Position numbers and translations under genes: made by a program | Shown here: positions 1 through 12,744 of the stretch, piece after piece | Layout: each line of letters starts with the position of its first letter | How positions within the stretch are numbered: the first letter of the stretch is position 1 | Notes under the pieces: generated by a model | The model's database searches: none | Seen by the model: only the letters and a program-made list of their open reading frames with translations | Told to the model about the DNA's origin: nothing | Source of the DNA: Eledone cirrhosa | Taxonomy: Eukaryota | DNA: 64,000 nt | Direction: 5' to 3' | Assembly: GCA_964016885.1 (NCBI GenBank) | Contig: OZ024745.1 | Location: 126,666,001 to 126,730,000, forward strand

Positions 1-1374
1 ATATATATAAATTTGAACGACTTCCATCCATTCGTCCATCACACAATGTGTGCGTGTGTATTTGTATGAATGTATGTGTGTGTAAAAGGAAGGAAGGAGA
101 TGGTGAAAAAACTATAGCAAAACAGTGGCTGGTGTTCCATTTGCTATGCTGTGTGTAAGTGTATGTGTGTGTGTGCGAATATAAGCCTGTGAGTGCAAAT
201 TTTTGTAAGTTTGTCTGTTTGCGCAATTATACTTATATACTTATACATATAAATATATGCATATGCACACATATACACATACGTGTCGGCTTGTTGAAAA
301 AATCTTAGTATATAAAAAAGCAATAACAATAATATAAATAAATCTAAGAATAATACACTGACCATCATCATCACTACCACAATGATATAATGGATAATGT
401 AGGAGAATGCTTTACACCTCATACCTATTTTTTTTTTAAGTGTTTAAATATAGAAGGGAGGATTCTGAAAAGCTGACCCACAACCTAGTTTTAATTCTCA
501 GATGTAACCATTTTTGTCAACAGTCATAATTTTAATACTCCATTCCAGGGACATTTTAGCTGATGTAATTTCTGTTAATTTTTATTAGACAGTCATTTCT
601 TTACAGTGGAAGGACATTGTTAGACTAATTATAACTAATCATGAGGAAAATCAGTTAATTATCTCCCTTAGAAACCCATGAAGCTAGATGTAACACCTGT
701 CTAGTGGGTCCGGGTATGATTTTACATTCATTTAAATTATTGATGTATTGTTTTATTGATATTTTTTATCTGTTTGTCCCGAATCTTCTATTATCGATTT
801 TTTATCGTATGGTTGATTGTAGACTTGTTCTATATGTGACGGTATTTTAACGATAGTTATAGCTCTGATTCATCTGAATTATTGAGCCCTCTGCCGCTCA
901 TTTCGAATTTTGTTTATCGTGAACTCGTGCGCCGATTTTTCGATACTCGATCTTTCTAATATATATATATATATCTTAAAAAGTAAACAGAACAAAAAAA
1001 CAGAAAAACGCAGAGGCAGTACAAATGTTATTATTATTAGTTTCACGCTTGAGAGTGGGGGGACGACGTTTCGGGCATAAGTACTTCATCAGGAGAAAAG
1101 TGGGTAGGAAGAGAGTTCTGAGGGTGCGTGGGGGAGTGGTGGAAAGACATTTTTAAAAATGATTTTAAAAAGGGGGGAGGAGAAAAGGGAGGAACACATT
1201 TTTTTTAAATAAAAAGAAACAAATGGTGAAAGGCTGTGAGGCGTGTATAGGTGGTGGGTGGGGAGGGGAGAGAGAGAGGCGGGGGTCCGAGCGGGGAGGG
1301 CTGAAGATGGTGTGTGTGTGTGTATGTGAGAGTTGGGGGAAGAACAAGGTTCCATGATATATAAATAAATATAT

Positions 1375-1568
1375 GAATGTGGTTGATGGCTGAGAAAAAA
1401 AGAGTACTTAATAACGGAGTTTTAATATTCTTTTTATTGCAGCTAAATAGTGAGTCTTGTGGCTCTGGATTTTCGCCTGTTTATCATAGATCTGATGACC
1501 CTGTGATAAACAGGCAACACTCCACAATAACAAGAGTCATTATTTAGCCTCAATAAAATGAATATATT
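1375..1568. mobile_element. Fold-back element with decayed hammerhead core at the hairpin apex (family also at 53592-53660 and 55735-55890)
   Basis: Imperfect inverted arms ~1424-1490 / 1500-1565; CTGATGAccctgtgataaacaggc at apex; shared gagtact(t/c)aata tail. Confidence 0.65.
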
Positions 1569-1685
1569 TACATACACACACACTCAAGTGTTATCCTAGT
1601 AAGACTTTGTATTTTTGCGTCACTGTGTTTATTTTGTTTTATTTGCTCATATACATCTAAACACCACAAACATAAGTGAGTGTGA

Positions 1686-1687
<2 letters not shown>

Positions 1688-1725
<38 letters not shown>

Positions 1726-1755
1726 ACATATATATATATATAAATATATATCTAC

Positions 1756-1848
<93 letters not shown>

Positions 1849-1874
1849 TATATCTACATATATAAATATATATC

Positions 1875-1916
<42 letters not shown>

Positions 1917-1942
1917 TATATCTACATATATAAATATATATC

Positions 1943-1998
<56 letters not shown>

Positions 1999-2022
1999 TA
2001 TATATATAAATATATATCTATA
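1688..2022. repeat. Compound (TA)n microsatellite (similar 2713-2938, 11953-12026, 55697-55733)
   Basis: (TA)n with periodic tctaca / taaa interruptions. Confidence 0.95.
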
Positions 2023-2026
2023 TCTG

Positions 2027-2460
2027 TATCATATTTTAATTAACATATGACCTCCATCTTATTGACTATACTTAAGTTAATTATTAATTAATTAATTAAT
2101 TATATAATCCAATAACTGCAATCTTCAGAATTAATAAGAAGATTAAAATTATTAGTTTATATAATTAATTAATTAATAATTAACTGTTAAGTATAGTCAA
2201 TAAGATGGATGAAACATGTTAATTAAAATATGATATAATTAGCAGTGTTTTGTATCATTTTCAATGTAATTTTTTGCTCTACATGTATATATAAATATTC
2301 ATATTAGAAATTCATGCTTTTTTTTAAAAATTGTATGTAGCCTTATGTACTGTCCATTGTAATAAATCTCATATTTTTGAGCTATTATAACTTCCTTGCC
2401 TACAATTATTTCATATTTGAAAACGAATTACTATATAAATGTGTATATCCACTTGCATGT
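2027..2460. mobile_element. Fold-back element in (TA)n (~100-bp arms plus one-sided tail)
   Basis: tatcatattttaattaacat...ccatcttattgactatacttaa versus ttaagtatagtcaataagatgg...atgttaattaaaatatgata; apex ~2130. Confidence 0.7.
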
Positions 2461-2474
2461 ATATATATATATAT

Positions 2475-2712
2475 GAAAATATTTAACCCCGACGGCAGAG
2501 CTCAAGCCGTTTCGACGGCTATTTCTGGACTAAATTACAATTTTTAGCGTGGTATATAAATTGCCGAAAAAATTATAATTTAGTCCAGAAAACAGCTTCA
2601 GCCCTGCCGTCGGGGTTAAACATACATTTTCCCATTACCCACTCTACTACCCTAAGTATTGAGTACTCCTATGCGTTATGGTCCATCTGGTTAATTACCA
2701 CACCTCCTTCAT
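2475..2712. mobile_element. Fold-back element in (TA)n
   Basis: tttaaccccgacggcag...ctggactaaa versus tttagtccag...ctgccgtcggggttaaa; tail has agtattgagtactc; related fragment at 12661-12720. Confidence 0.7.
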
Positions 2713-2737
2713 TATATATATATATATGTGTGTGTAT

Positions 2738-2834
<97 letters not shown>

Positions 2835-5800
2835 GTATATATATATACATATGTATATATATATATACATATGTATATATATATACATATGTATGTATAT
2901 ATATATATATACATATATATATACATATGTATATATATAAACAGGGAAAATGAATGTAAAATAATGGTGATGATATATATTTATATAAACTATGTATATA
3001 TAAGTGGATGTGTGTATATATATATATATATACACAGGCAGAAAAAAGAGAGAGAGATAGAAAGAGAGGGAGACATTTATGTGTATGTATATCTGTGTGT
3101 ATGCATTCACACACACACACGTGTGATGATATATATATGGTTAAAAGAAAAAGAACAAAATCACTGATGCCCAGCAAGAGACAGATACATGGTTTGTGGC
3201 ATGTCAGTTAAAGTGTAATGTGCTGAATGATGGACAGGAAAAATGTTGAATTAATCTTTAGAGCACTGGAGGCAACAACATGCACCGTAGAGTAATCTCC
3301 CCTAAATAGATAATGCAGTGTCAAGGGAAACAACTCATACAAACTACTAGCATGCTAAAGATTAATTGAAATTTTCCCCCTAGTTTAAGAAAAAAGAGCT
3401 CTACCAGTAACTGTTAATGATTCTTAGAGAAAAGAGAGATAATTTCAAGAAATTAGGTGTGTTATATATGTGTGCATGTTTGTGTGTGACTGTGTGTTCT
3501 TTCTTATTGTGGTGTGAAATGTAATAAAATCTCAGTAAAACATGAAAATGTGAGAAGTTAGAAATCAATAGCAGTAAATATAGTGTACATAAATTATTAA
3601 AATTTAACAATATGATGTGATATTTAACTGTATAAACAAAATGTTAACAAGTATTACATTTCCTGGCATTATGTCAACCAAATGCATGAATTCATCTACA
3701 GACAGTATATGCATGTTGATGTGTGTTTATATGATTGTATATGCACATAAGCAGGAATGCACTATGTTATTAAAAATGCAAGTGCTTCAGTTTTTTTTTA
3801 ATATTATGGTTTTCTAATAAATGATTTGCATTGTTTTCTAATAAAATTGATTCCATGGTCAATCTTTTGGTTTGTTTGTTTATATATTGTTCACTGGTGC
3901 CATGACAAAATGCAACCAGTGCACCCTCTAAGTTGGTTGTACTGGTGTCATGACAAAAAAATCTCCCAATTTACTCTGTAAGGTGTTCAGCATTAGGAAG
4001 GGCATCCAACTGTAGAAAACGGGGCTAAAAATGGATCATATGAGCAAGATGTGGTCACTTGATCTATCTAGCCTCATAAAATGACAGCTTTTCTGACCTA
4101 AGCAGGCATCGAAAATAGACGATAAATGATGATGATTTGTTATATTTTAGACTGTAGAGTTTATCATTACATTTTCTTTCGAGTGTGTGTGATATAACAT
4201 TTTTGACAAGGTTGACTTGGCATTAGTAGTGTGCTTAGAGGTGCACATAGGATTTGAGCAGATGGTGGGGCCATCCAACTAAAGAGTCCTGCAGAGATTT
4301 CCATCCAGTACAGCTACTGAGCTTGCTGCCCAACTGGATTCCTCCAGCACCCATCTTAAATCTGCACTTAGTTTTCTGCTCAGATAAAAAACCTGAGAAA
4401 TTTATTAACTTAAAATTTGATGCTTATGCACAGTAAATGCAGACTATTTGATGCTTATGCACAGAAAATGCTCAGATCATTTTACGTCTATGCACAGACA
4501 ATTTCATACTTATGCACAGATGATGATGTGTGTCTTCCTTTTCTGGCAGGAGATCTTACTTTTGGAACTGGACTTAATAAAAGTGATTGATTTCAAATTA
4601 ATTTGAATGAAGTGTTTATTTCATGCTTCATTTGTTTTTACATATTTAGAATGTCTTCCTTGAGCACATTCCTCAATACTAGGCTCTATACTTCAGTTTT
4701 AACCCTTTAGCATTTAAGCCGGCCGTATCCAGCCAGAATTCTCTCACCTCTTTCTCTTCTGGCTGTAACCGGCCACTCATACTGATGTTAAGGTATTGTT
4801 CTCAAAATAAATATCAAAATCTAATAGATTTGATATTATGTGAGGTAATTATGTAAGGTAAAGCCTTTATAGTAAAAATATAGAGTAATGTAATGGGCTA
4901 AGGGTATACAATCAAGAAGTTGGCTCCAGGCATCACTAAGCATCTAAACACCAGTTTGGCATCAACAAAGAAAAGCTATTTTAGTATATTATATCACACA
5001 ATAGAAGAAATCTGGAAAGATAAACACTAGTAGAAAAAAAAAAACATCAGTGACCTTATATGGAATATATCTAACAAACAATAACACTGATCAGGGAATC
5101 AATCTTAATAAAAATAAAATAATAATCCTAAACCAAATAACGAATAATGCATTCTAAAATTAATGGTTTCTGATTTAGGTACAAGGCCAGCAATTTTGGA
5201 GGAAGGGAAAGTCTATTAAATCGATCCCAGTGCATGATTGGTACTTTATTTTATCGACCCCATAAGGATGAAAGGCAAAGCTAACATCAGTGGGATTTGA
5301 ACTCAGAACGTAAAGGGCTGTAACTCTATGTCATGAAGCAGGGTGTCCAACGCTCTACCGATACTGCCAATTCATAAAATCAATACTAACCACCAGCACA
5401 AATTGTTTCTTCCAGAACGTTAAGGTTCTGAATCACGGTTAATACGATGGACCCCCCCCCCCCTGTTCCCACGGAATATTATTATGTAAATGTGTAAAAC
5501 ACTAATTAGAAAATTTGAGAAAACCATATTTAAAAAGTAAAATTAGAACAGTCGCACTTTTAATAAGAAACAAGTGAGCACTTGCACAAAAACACACACA
5601 TACACATATAAGCAATGTGAATATTTCAGGAATGGTATAGAAAGTAGTTTAGACATTAAATTTAAAATGGTGAGTGAAAATTGATATCTAAAAACAAAAA
5701 AATAAAATAAAATAAAACATTAAATAAAAATAAAGATATATAAAAAAATATAATCAATGTGAACATGATTCCAAAATTAGGAATATTCTAAAGTTGATAT

Positions 5801-7168
5801 TTAGCATCAAAATTTTTGATTTCTAGTGTTACTATAATGGCAATACTATAATGCCATATAAAACACAGACTTCTTTTCCTACCATCGAAGACACAGTATG
5901 TATCTTAATATACTATGTATTTCCAAATATAAGGTAAGGTGGCCTCTTAATGTAAAAAGATATTTATTTTTCTTCTGAAAAGATGTTCCCAGAAGAAAAA
6001 TATCTTTGGTAGTCAGCATGAATATATAAATCTTTATTGTATTTAAAAGTATACCAGAATTATGTACAAGTAAAGGTATTACATAGAGTTCCAAGGCAGA
6101 ATATTAAAAATGCAAGTTATGGTATAAAATCAAATCATGTGTACACATTTCCTAAGTATGTTGTAGCTTATGGAGTATATTTTAGGCAACTTTTGAAATG
6201 ACATATGTTCTCACTAATTCAAGCATAATCTTGAACTACAAGCAATCAAAACTTTAGGTTTCAGTACAAATTTGCTCATAAAATGTTCTCATATTTGTCA
6301 TCAATTATATTGTTTTTATGTCAAGGTTGTACGGATTTCAGTATATTAATAAAATAGCCAACCCCTATTCATTTTATTATACATTACGTAAAAAAGGCAT
6401 TTTATTAATAAAATATCTAACCTCTATTTATTATATTATACCTTACCTAGGCTTGCCATAACTAGGAATTCTATTAAAATCCCCCAGTAAAGTATATAAT
6501 ATGGTCAGAATGAAATAAGCTTATTTCATACTTTGCCAAAAAATGTTAGATATTCTATAGAGTACCTAGGAATTCTATATAACACACAATGCCTTGTTTT
6601 ACACAATGCTGGCAACATATATACTTATATTTAAATCAAGATCTATATAGAATAAGATAATTAGATAATGCATTTTTTTCTTTTTCTTTTTATCTAGTTT
6701 ACATTTATTTTTATATACTAACATGGGTTAAATGTTTGTGTGTAAAGGGGAATAAATGGTTATATAGCTAACAACTCATCTGTGAAGTAAGAATAAAACC
6801 TGGTAACAATAAGCACCCTCAGGCAAGCAATATTTTGTGCATTGCCCAAGAGCACAATACTTTCATTAATAACAGCCCTTTTACTCTATTATTTTGTAAT
6901 TCTTGTAATTATTATATTGTAATATTTTCTGAAACTTTATAAAGTTTCAAATAATAAAACAGCCAAACAACTTTTTGAAGATAATGCATAGGGGAAAATG
7001 GCCTCACCTTATATTTGGTTTATATACAGTTATAACCAGAAGCCTTTAAGTTTTGTAGGCATGCTGCTATACAGATCCATTTGTGTTACCACTGATAACA
7101 CCATATTGATAAGAAAAAAGATTAGTTTTCAGTGGGGAAGAAAAATAATAATATTTGCGTTTTCATTA

Positions 7169-7519
7169 TCATAAACTTCCAATATCATTAAATTTCTTCA
7201 GCATAGGAGGAAAGTTGTCTTTGTAAAGTACTGGATCTGCACGGAATTCCACAGTTCGGAGAGCAACAGTGCCATATATGTCTACAAACCTGTTGATACA
7301 TTCTGTACGTTCCACCATATGGTTTAAATCTAATGATAAGAAGCTGTTGTTAACACACTTTGGACATTTGAACTTCTTCCGTGGGGTCACCTTTATAGGT
7401 GCTTTACCAGTAGTGTTGGTAATCAGGAAATTAAATGCAATATCTTCACAGTTCATGTGTTCATCCACCCAGGTTTTAATGTTGCCTGGCATTGAATAAG
7501 TGTAGAGGAAGTTGTAAAA
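7169..7519 (-). CDS. EXT2: Exostosin-2 terminal coding exon
   Basis: [32 protein letters not shown]...[11 protein letters not shown]...[24 protein letters not shown]; tttcag acceptor; TGA at 7169-7171. Confidence 0.97.
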   Translation of the reverse strand, partial: FYNFLYTYSMPGNIKTWVDEHMNCEDIAFNFLITNTTGKAPIKVTPRKKFKCPKCVNNSFLSLDLNHMVERTECINRFVDIYGTVALRTVEFRADPVLYKDNFPPMLKKFNDIGSL

Positions 7520-7855
7520 CTGAAAAGAAACAAAATACATTTATTTCATCATTATAGTATCAGTATTTTTTATCACTATTATTGTTTTTATACCCGCTTT
7601 ATTCCAGGTTTGCAGATTAAGACGAGGACAAGGCTTTTTGTAACAGTTTTCCTATGGCCTGATGTCCTTCTGATGCCAACCCATGCTTTATTTCAAGTAT
7701 GGCATAAACCACTGACATTCAGCAAACCAATGCACTGTGGGACATATTGTTTATGGTAGACATAAAACAAACACCACCACTTTAAACAGTGTTGATAAAA
7801 AAAGACATGCACATCATCTGGCACATGCACACACGTATACACACACACACACACG

Positions 7856-7886
<31 letters not shown>

Positions 7887-9066
7887 CTTTGATGAGCTGA
7901 AGTGCACCTGAGCACTGTACACAGTAATTTCATTATTATATACTATTATTATTATCATAAGGACGGTGAATTGGCAGTATCGGTAGCGGGGTGGACGCCA
8001 TGCTTTCTAGCATAGTTACGTCCCTTTACAGTCTGATTTTGAATCCCACTGAGGTTAACTTTGCCTTTCATCCTTACGGGATCGATAAAATAAAGTACCA
8101 GTAATGTACTGGGTAATTGCTGGCCTTGTGCCTAAAGTAGAAACAATTATTATCATAAGCTTCTAACGTATAGATGAGTTTATAACATAGATAAGCTTAT
8201 AAATTATAAGAAAAGAAAATATCATAGTGAGATGTTTATACATTTTAAACAAAGTTTTAACAATGAAAATTGAAATAGAAATATAGTGCTTCACCATAAT
8301 ATTTAACTAAATAGTCTAATAACAGAGTATATAAACCCATCTTTTTACATTCAGTGAGTTTATATGCCATGTTATTAGACAATTTTATTTGGTGAAATGT
8401 TATGGTGTAGCCTTCTATTTCTATTCCAATTTTCAAACTTTGTTTGCTGCTTTCTAAACATACTTTCTTCGTTTTAACAATGTAAATTAAGTGAATTGAA
8501 TGCAACTTGTCAACCAAAACTGGCTTCTAAACTAAGCTAGCCGAGAGTCAGGGTTGGATTTAGACCTTGGGAGCCGGGGCACCTCAAGTTTGGGGCCACT
8601 CATGCACAAAAAATTAGAATACACTGACCCCCCCCCCCCCCCCCCCATTTATGAAAAGACAAAGTTGACTTCAACAAGATTTGAACTGGAACAAACATTA
8701 CAAGTCTTGGACCCCGTACAGTCGAGTTCCTCTGCAAGATGGTAACGTAAGCAGCCTGTCTGAGGAAGGAGACCCATGAGGTGGGGTGGGTGGCCTTGTC
8801 CACAGAGTGCAACCCCTCTACTACTGTGCTCTAGGCTCAGAGCCCAAGCATCCTATGCCTTCCACCTCCCCATTCTTCTGTGACACTAGAGTCCTTGCCA
8901 TTTCCTCCCCTTTCAGTTTTTTCATTTTCTCTTTTTTCTTTATATTTTCCTATTTTACATTCCATTCTTCTCTAAATCTAAATTTTCTTTTTCTATTAAA
9001 CTGTATTTACATGATAAATTCCATAAACAAAATTGAGAGAATTTTTAGAAACAATTATCAACTTAC

Positions 9067-9210
9067 TTTGTGATAAAATGCTGCTCCGGTAAGCACCATA
9101 GATATTGAGTTGGTCCATTCAGACTCATATTTCCACTTTTGAGTAACATTATCAAGCAAATGCACTCGAGATGGGAAACCCACCAATCGATCTGAGAATT
9201 CTCGCCAAAC
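9067..9210 (-). CDS. EXT2: Exostosin-2 exon
   Basis: Hand translation [48 protein letters not shown]; taaaag acceptor / gtaagt donor; 144 nt. Confidence 0.96.
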
Positions 9211-9293
9211 CTTTTAAGGGAAACAATATTATAATATTATATATATATATATCATCATCATTTAAGTGGACATTAATTGATGATGATGATTTA

Positions 9294-9324
<31 letters not shown>

Positions 9325-9589
9325 GATTGCATGTATATATGCTTATATATATGTGTGTGTGTGATGTTGGAAAAAAGGAAAAATTGATATTCTTCAGTGA
9401 GATGTGGAGTGAAAAAAAAAAATGTGTGTGGGCATGTATGTATGTGTTTTGCATCTCTCTGTTTGCCTTGTCTATTCTTGAACTATATATATATATACAC
9501 ACACAATACAATCTCATTGTATCATCATTCACTGATTGGTGTGTTGTTTACACAACCCTTATTAATCAACAAACATAAGTATATATATA

Positions 9590-9784
9590 TATTTATTAAA
9601 AAATCAGATCTACTGAAACTAACAAACTTTGTTAGTTTCAGTAGATCCCATTAAGGGTGAAAGCAGCGATTCTTTGCTTAAACTTTAATCTGTTATTTTA
9701 ATAAATATTTGCTCTACGGTTATATATATTTATCCTTATTGAGCCCTCTTTGGATTTTAGTCTTCAAATTTATTATTATTACAA
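9590..9784. mobile_element. Fold-back element in (TA)n with perfect inner hairpin
   Basis: Perfect 20-bp arms 9607-9626 / 9628-9647; outer arms atatttattaaaa / ttttaataaatat; tail ccttattgagccctc. Confidence 0.7.
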
Positions 9785-10029
9785 TATATATATATATATA
9801 TGCAACCAGTGCTATGAGCACTGAGTGTGTCAAGAAATCGAAATAACAGAAGTAAGTTTTTTTTATTCCATCGTTATGTTTTTCTGGGTTTTTTTGTTCA
9901 AATTCTAGCTGACTGATGAAGTCATAGCTGTTGCATAATAGTTATCACCGAAATATGTTTAACACAAGTTAATTTTGAGCTGTTGCATATTTTTACTTGT
10001 ATGTACTTAAGTGAAAACCATTTACTTAC

Positions 10030-10126
10030 TTGGTAACCAAATTCTAATTCATCAGCTGTCAACATTATAATATCATCATCTAATGCCAAAATGCAATCTG
10101 TTTTAATTTCACTGTAAGGAAAAAAC
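10030..10126 (-). CDS. EXT2: Exostosin-2 exon (DxD motif)
   Basis: [32 protein letters not shown]; ttacag / gtaagt; 97 nt. Confidence 0.96.
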
Positions 10127-11831
10127 CTGTAATAATGAAAAATAAGAAATGTTAGGTTTATAAAAAACACACCAAAATAATGATTTCTAGCAATAGTGGA
10201 GCAGGAGGGGGTTGCTTAACCCTTTAGTATTTAACCCAGCCATATCCAGCCAGAATTCTCTCACCTCTTTCTGTTCAAACTGGCTGTAACTGGCCGCTCA
10301 TACTGATGTTAAGGTATTGTTCTCAGAATAAATAATAACATAGATTCAATATTATGTGAAATAATTATGTGATATATACTACATTTTACCACAAAAATAC
10401 AATAGTATGTATATAGAGTAATGTAAATGCTAAAGGGTTAGGTTGATACCAGTATTTTACTGGAACTTAATTTAATCTACCCCAAAAGGATGAAAGGCAA
10501 AGTTGACCTCGGTGAGATTTGAAGTTAAAATGTAAAGAGCTGTAACAAATACCACAAAGTATTTATCTGATGTTCTAATGGTTCTGTACCTCCCCTCCTA
10601 CCTACCCCCCAAAATGGTTTCTGATTTAGGCACAAGGATAACAATTATTGCGCGGGGTAAGTTGATTAAATCTGGTACTCGTACTTTATTTTATCAAACC
10701 CGTAAGGATGAAAGACAAAGCTAACCTCAGCGGGATCTGAACTCAGAATCACAAGGGCTGTAACTTTCGAAGTTCAAATCCTGCTAAGGTTAGTTTTGCT
10801 TAAAGTCCCGTAAGGCAAGAATATTACTAGGCAGCTAAAGTATTGGCAAATATTTGTAAAAGAGATATATAGTTTAATTATTTGATGCAATGATAACAGA
10901 TGCCAAGTAAAAATGTGCTGTGAATTGGCAGTAGAATATATTCATAAAAATAGCAGGTCAAAGGGGTTTGCGGAAAAGGCAGTGTGACAAGTTTAAATAT
11001 AATGAGCCTTAGTCCATAAAGAAAAGATGACACTGAATCAAGATTCATGAAAAGTTGTCATATTAACCCTTTAGCATTTATATTACTCTATATTTACTAT
11101 TGTATTTTCATGGTAAGCATTTTATCTTACATAATTAACTCTCGCAATACCGAAGCTACAAGATTTTGATGTTATGTATTTTGAGAACAATATCTTAACA
11201 TTGGTATGAGCAGCCGATTACGGCTGGTTTGAACAGAAAGATGTGAGATAATTCTGGCCAAATATGGCTGGTTTAAATGGCTAAAGGGTTAATGATCTGT
11301 CAAACTCATGATAGATAGTACATGAAACAGGCTTGAAACTGGTACAGGCAATAATAGTTTGGTGGTAGTGTTAGTGATGCAAATAATGATGATGATGACA
11401 GCTCAAAATTCTGTTTGGGTTAGAATTATTAACCCCAAGCACTGTCATGAAACATTTACTTTTCAAAAGTTTTGAACGACTTCAATAAAGAAAATCATCT
11501 ATGCCAGATAGATTTTTTGGCAAGCATCAGAACAAAAACACATACAGGGACATTCTTTAACCCTTTAGCATTTATATTACTTTATATTTATTATTATATT
11601 TTCGAGGTAAAAGCTTTACCTCACATAATTATCTCACATAATACTGAATCTATGAGATTTTGATATTTATTTTGAGAACAATACCTTAATTTCAGTATCA
11701 GCAGCCAGTTACAGCTGGTTTGAACAGAAAGAAGTGAGAAAATTCTGGCCGGATACGTCCAGTTTAAATGCTAAAGGGTTAAAAGGTGTATTTTAATAGC
11801 AGTAGGACTAAAAAATATATTTATCTCATAC

Positions 11832-11895
11832 CTGTTTCCTAATTTATTTTCACGTGTCTTCACGACTTTTAGTGGTTTACCTATTTTGGGCCAAT
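11832..11895 (-). CDS. EXT2: Exostosin-2 exon
   Basis: WPKIGKPLKVVKTRENKLGN(R); ttgtag / gtatga; 64 nt, phases 1/2 fit neighbours. Confidence 0.95.
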
Positions 11896-11951
11896 CTACA
11901 ATAAAATATAAAATAAAGGAAAAATAATAGACCGTGATTATCATAACATTC

Positions 11952-12026
<75 letters not shown>

Positions 12027-12030
<4 letters not shown>

Positions 12031-12186
12031 CGAAACATAAGTCAATTGCATGAACTCATAATCCTTTATTTACTGCTATATATATTTCGATGATAGCCAT
12101 TGAATGGCTATGACCTCATCAGGCAGTTAGTCAGTTCTTAGATATGCCAGCTCTTTGTTTATAGTGTTGATGGTATCAGAGCTTTG

Positions 12187-12192
<6 letters not shown>
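12027..12192 (-). mobile_element. Penelope-like pLTR/retrozyme-like fragment inserted in (TA)n
   Basis: Reverse complement aligns to 54784-54950; contains hammerhead; (TA)n on both sides. Confidence 0.75.
12072..12127 (-). ncRNA. Minimal type I hammerhead ribozyme (Penelope-like element type)
   Basis: Minus strand: actgc-CTGATGA-ggtcatagccattcaatggctatcatc-GAAA-tatataTA-gcagt; 5-bp stem I, long stem II, short palindromic stem III. Confidence 0.8.
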
Positions 12193-12223
<31 letters not shown>

Positions 12224-12271
12224 ATATATACATATGTGTGTGTGTGTGTATGTACATATATATATACATAT

Positions 12272-12540
12272 TCTTAGAAAATGTAGAAAGTCTCAAATGC
12301 AGAAAATAACTGTAAATACAGTCAAATAATATAAATAATAGCTTATAAAATCGGGTAAAATACCCCTATAGACAGAAAAAAAGTAGGAAGCAGCTGCACC
12401 TCTCAAATTCTAGCTGAGCGCTCTGTACCATTAAGCTAAAGGCCCCCACCCCTCTTTGTTCCGTCTATAGAGGTATTTTACCTGAATTTTCTTAACTATT
12501 ATTTATAAAAATCAACTGTGTTTACAACTATTTCCTGTAT
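12272..12540. mobile_element. Fold-back element in TA/TG microsatellite
   Basis: Arms ~12302-12376 / 12458-12535 (ggtaaaatacccctatagac versus gtctatagaggtattttacc). Confidence 0.7.
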
Positions 12541-12543
12541 ATA

Positions 12544-12577
<34 letters not shown>

Positions 12578-12744
12578 AAGAGTGGTGTGCTCATGCATGG
12601 AGATGCTATAAAATAGCTTATAGAACAGATTAAAGATCCTTAGAGATATATATATATATAGGAAAAGTGTCAGAACCCCAGCGGCTGAGCTCTGGCCGTT
12701 TCGACAGTTAGATCCGAACTATGTATATATATATATATATAGAG

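Noticed and set aside
2669-3211. Multiple YIYI-rich ORFs
   Set aside because: Translations of (TA)n/(CA)n microsatellites.
5600-7160. EXT2 polyadenylation site
   Set aside because: Several AATAAA candidates on the minus strand (e.g. ~6704, ~6402, ~6033); cannot choose without transcript data.
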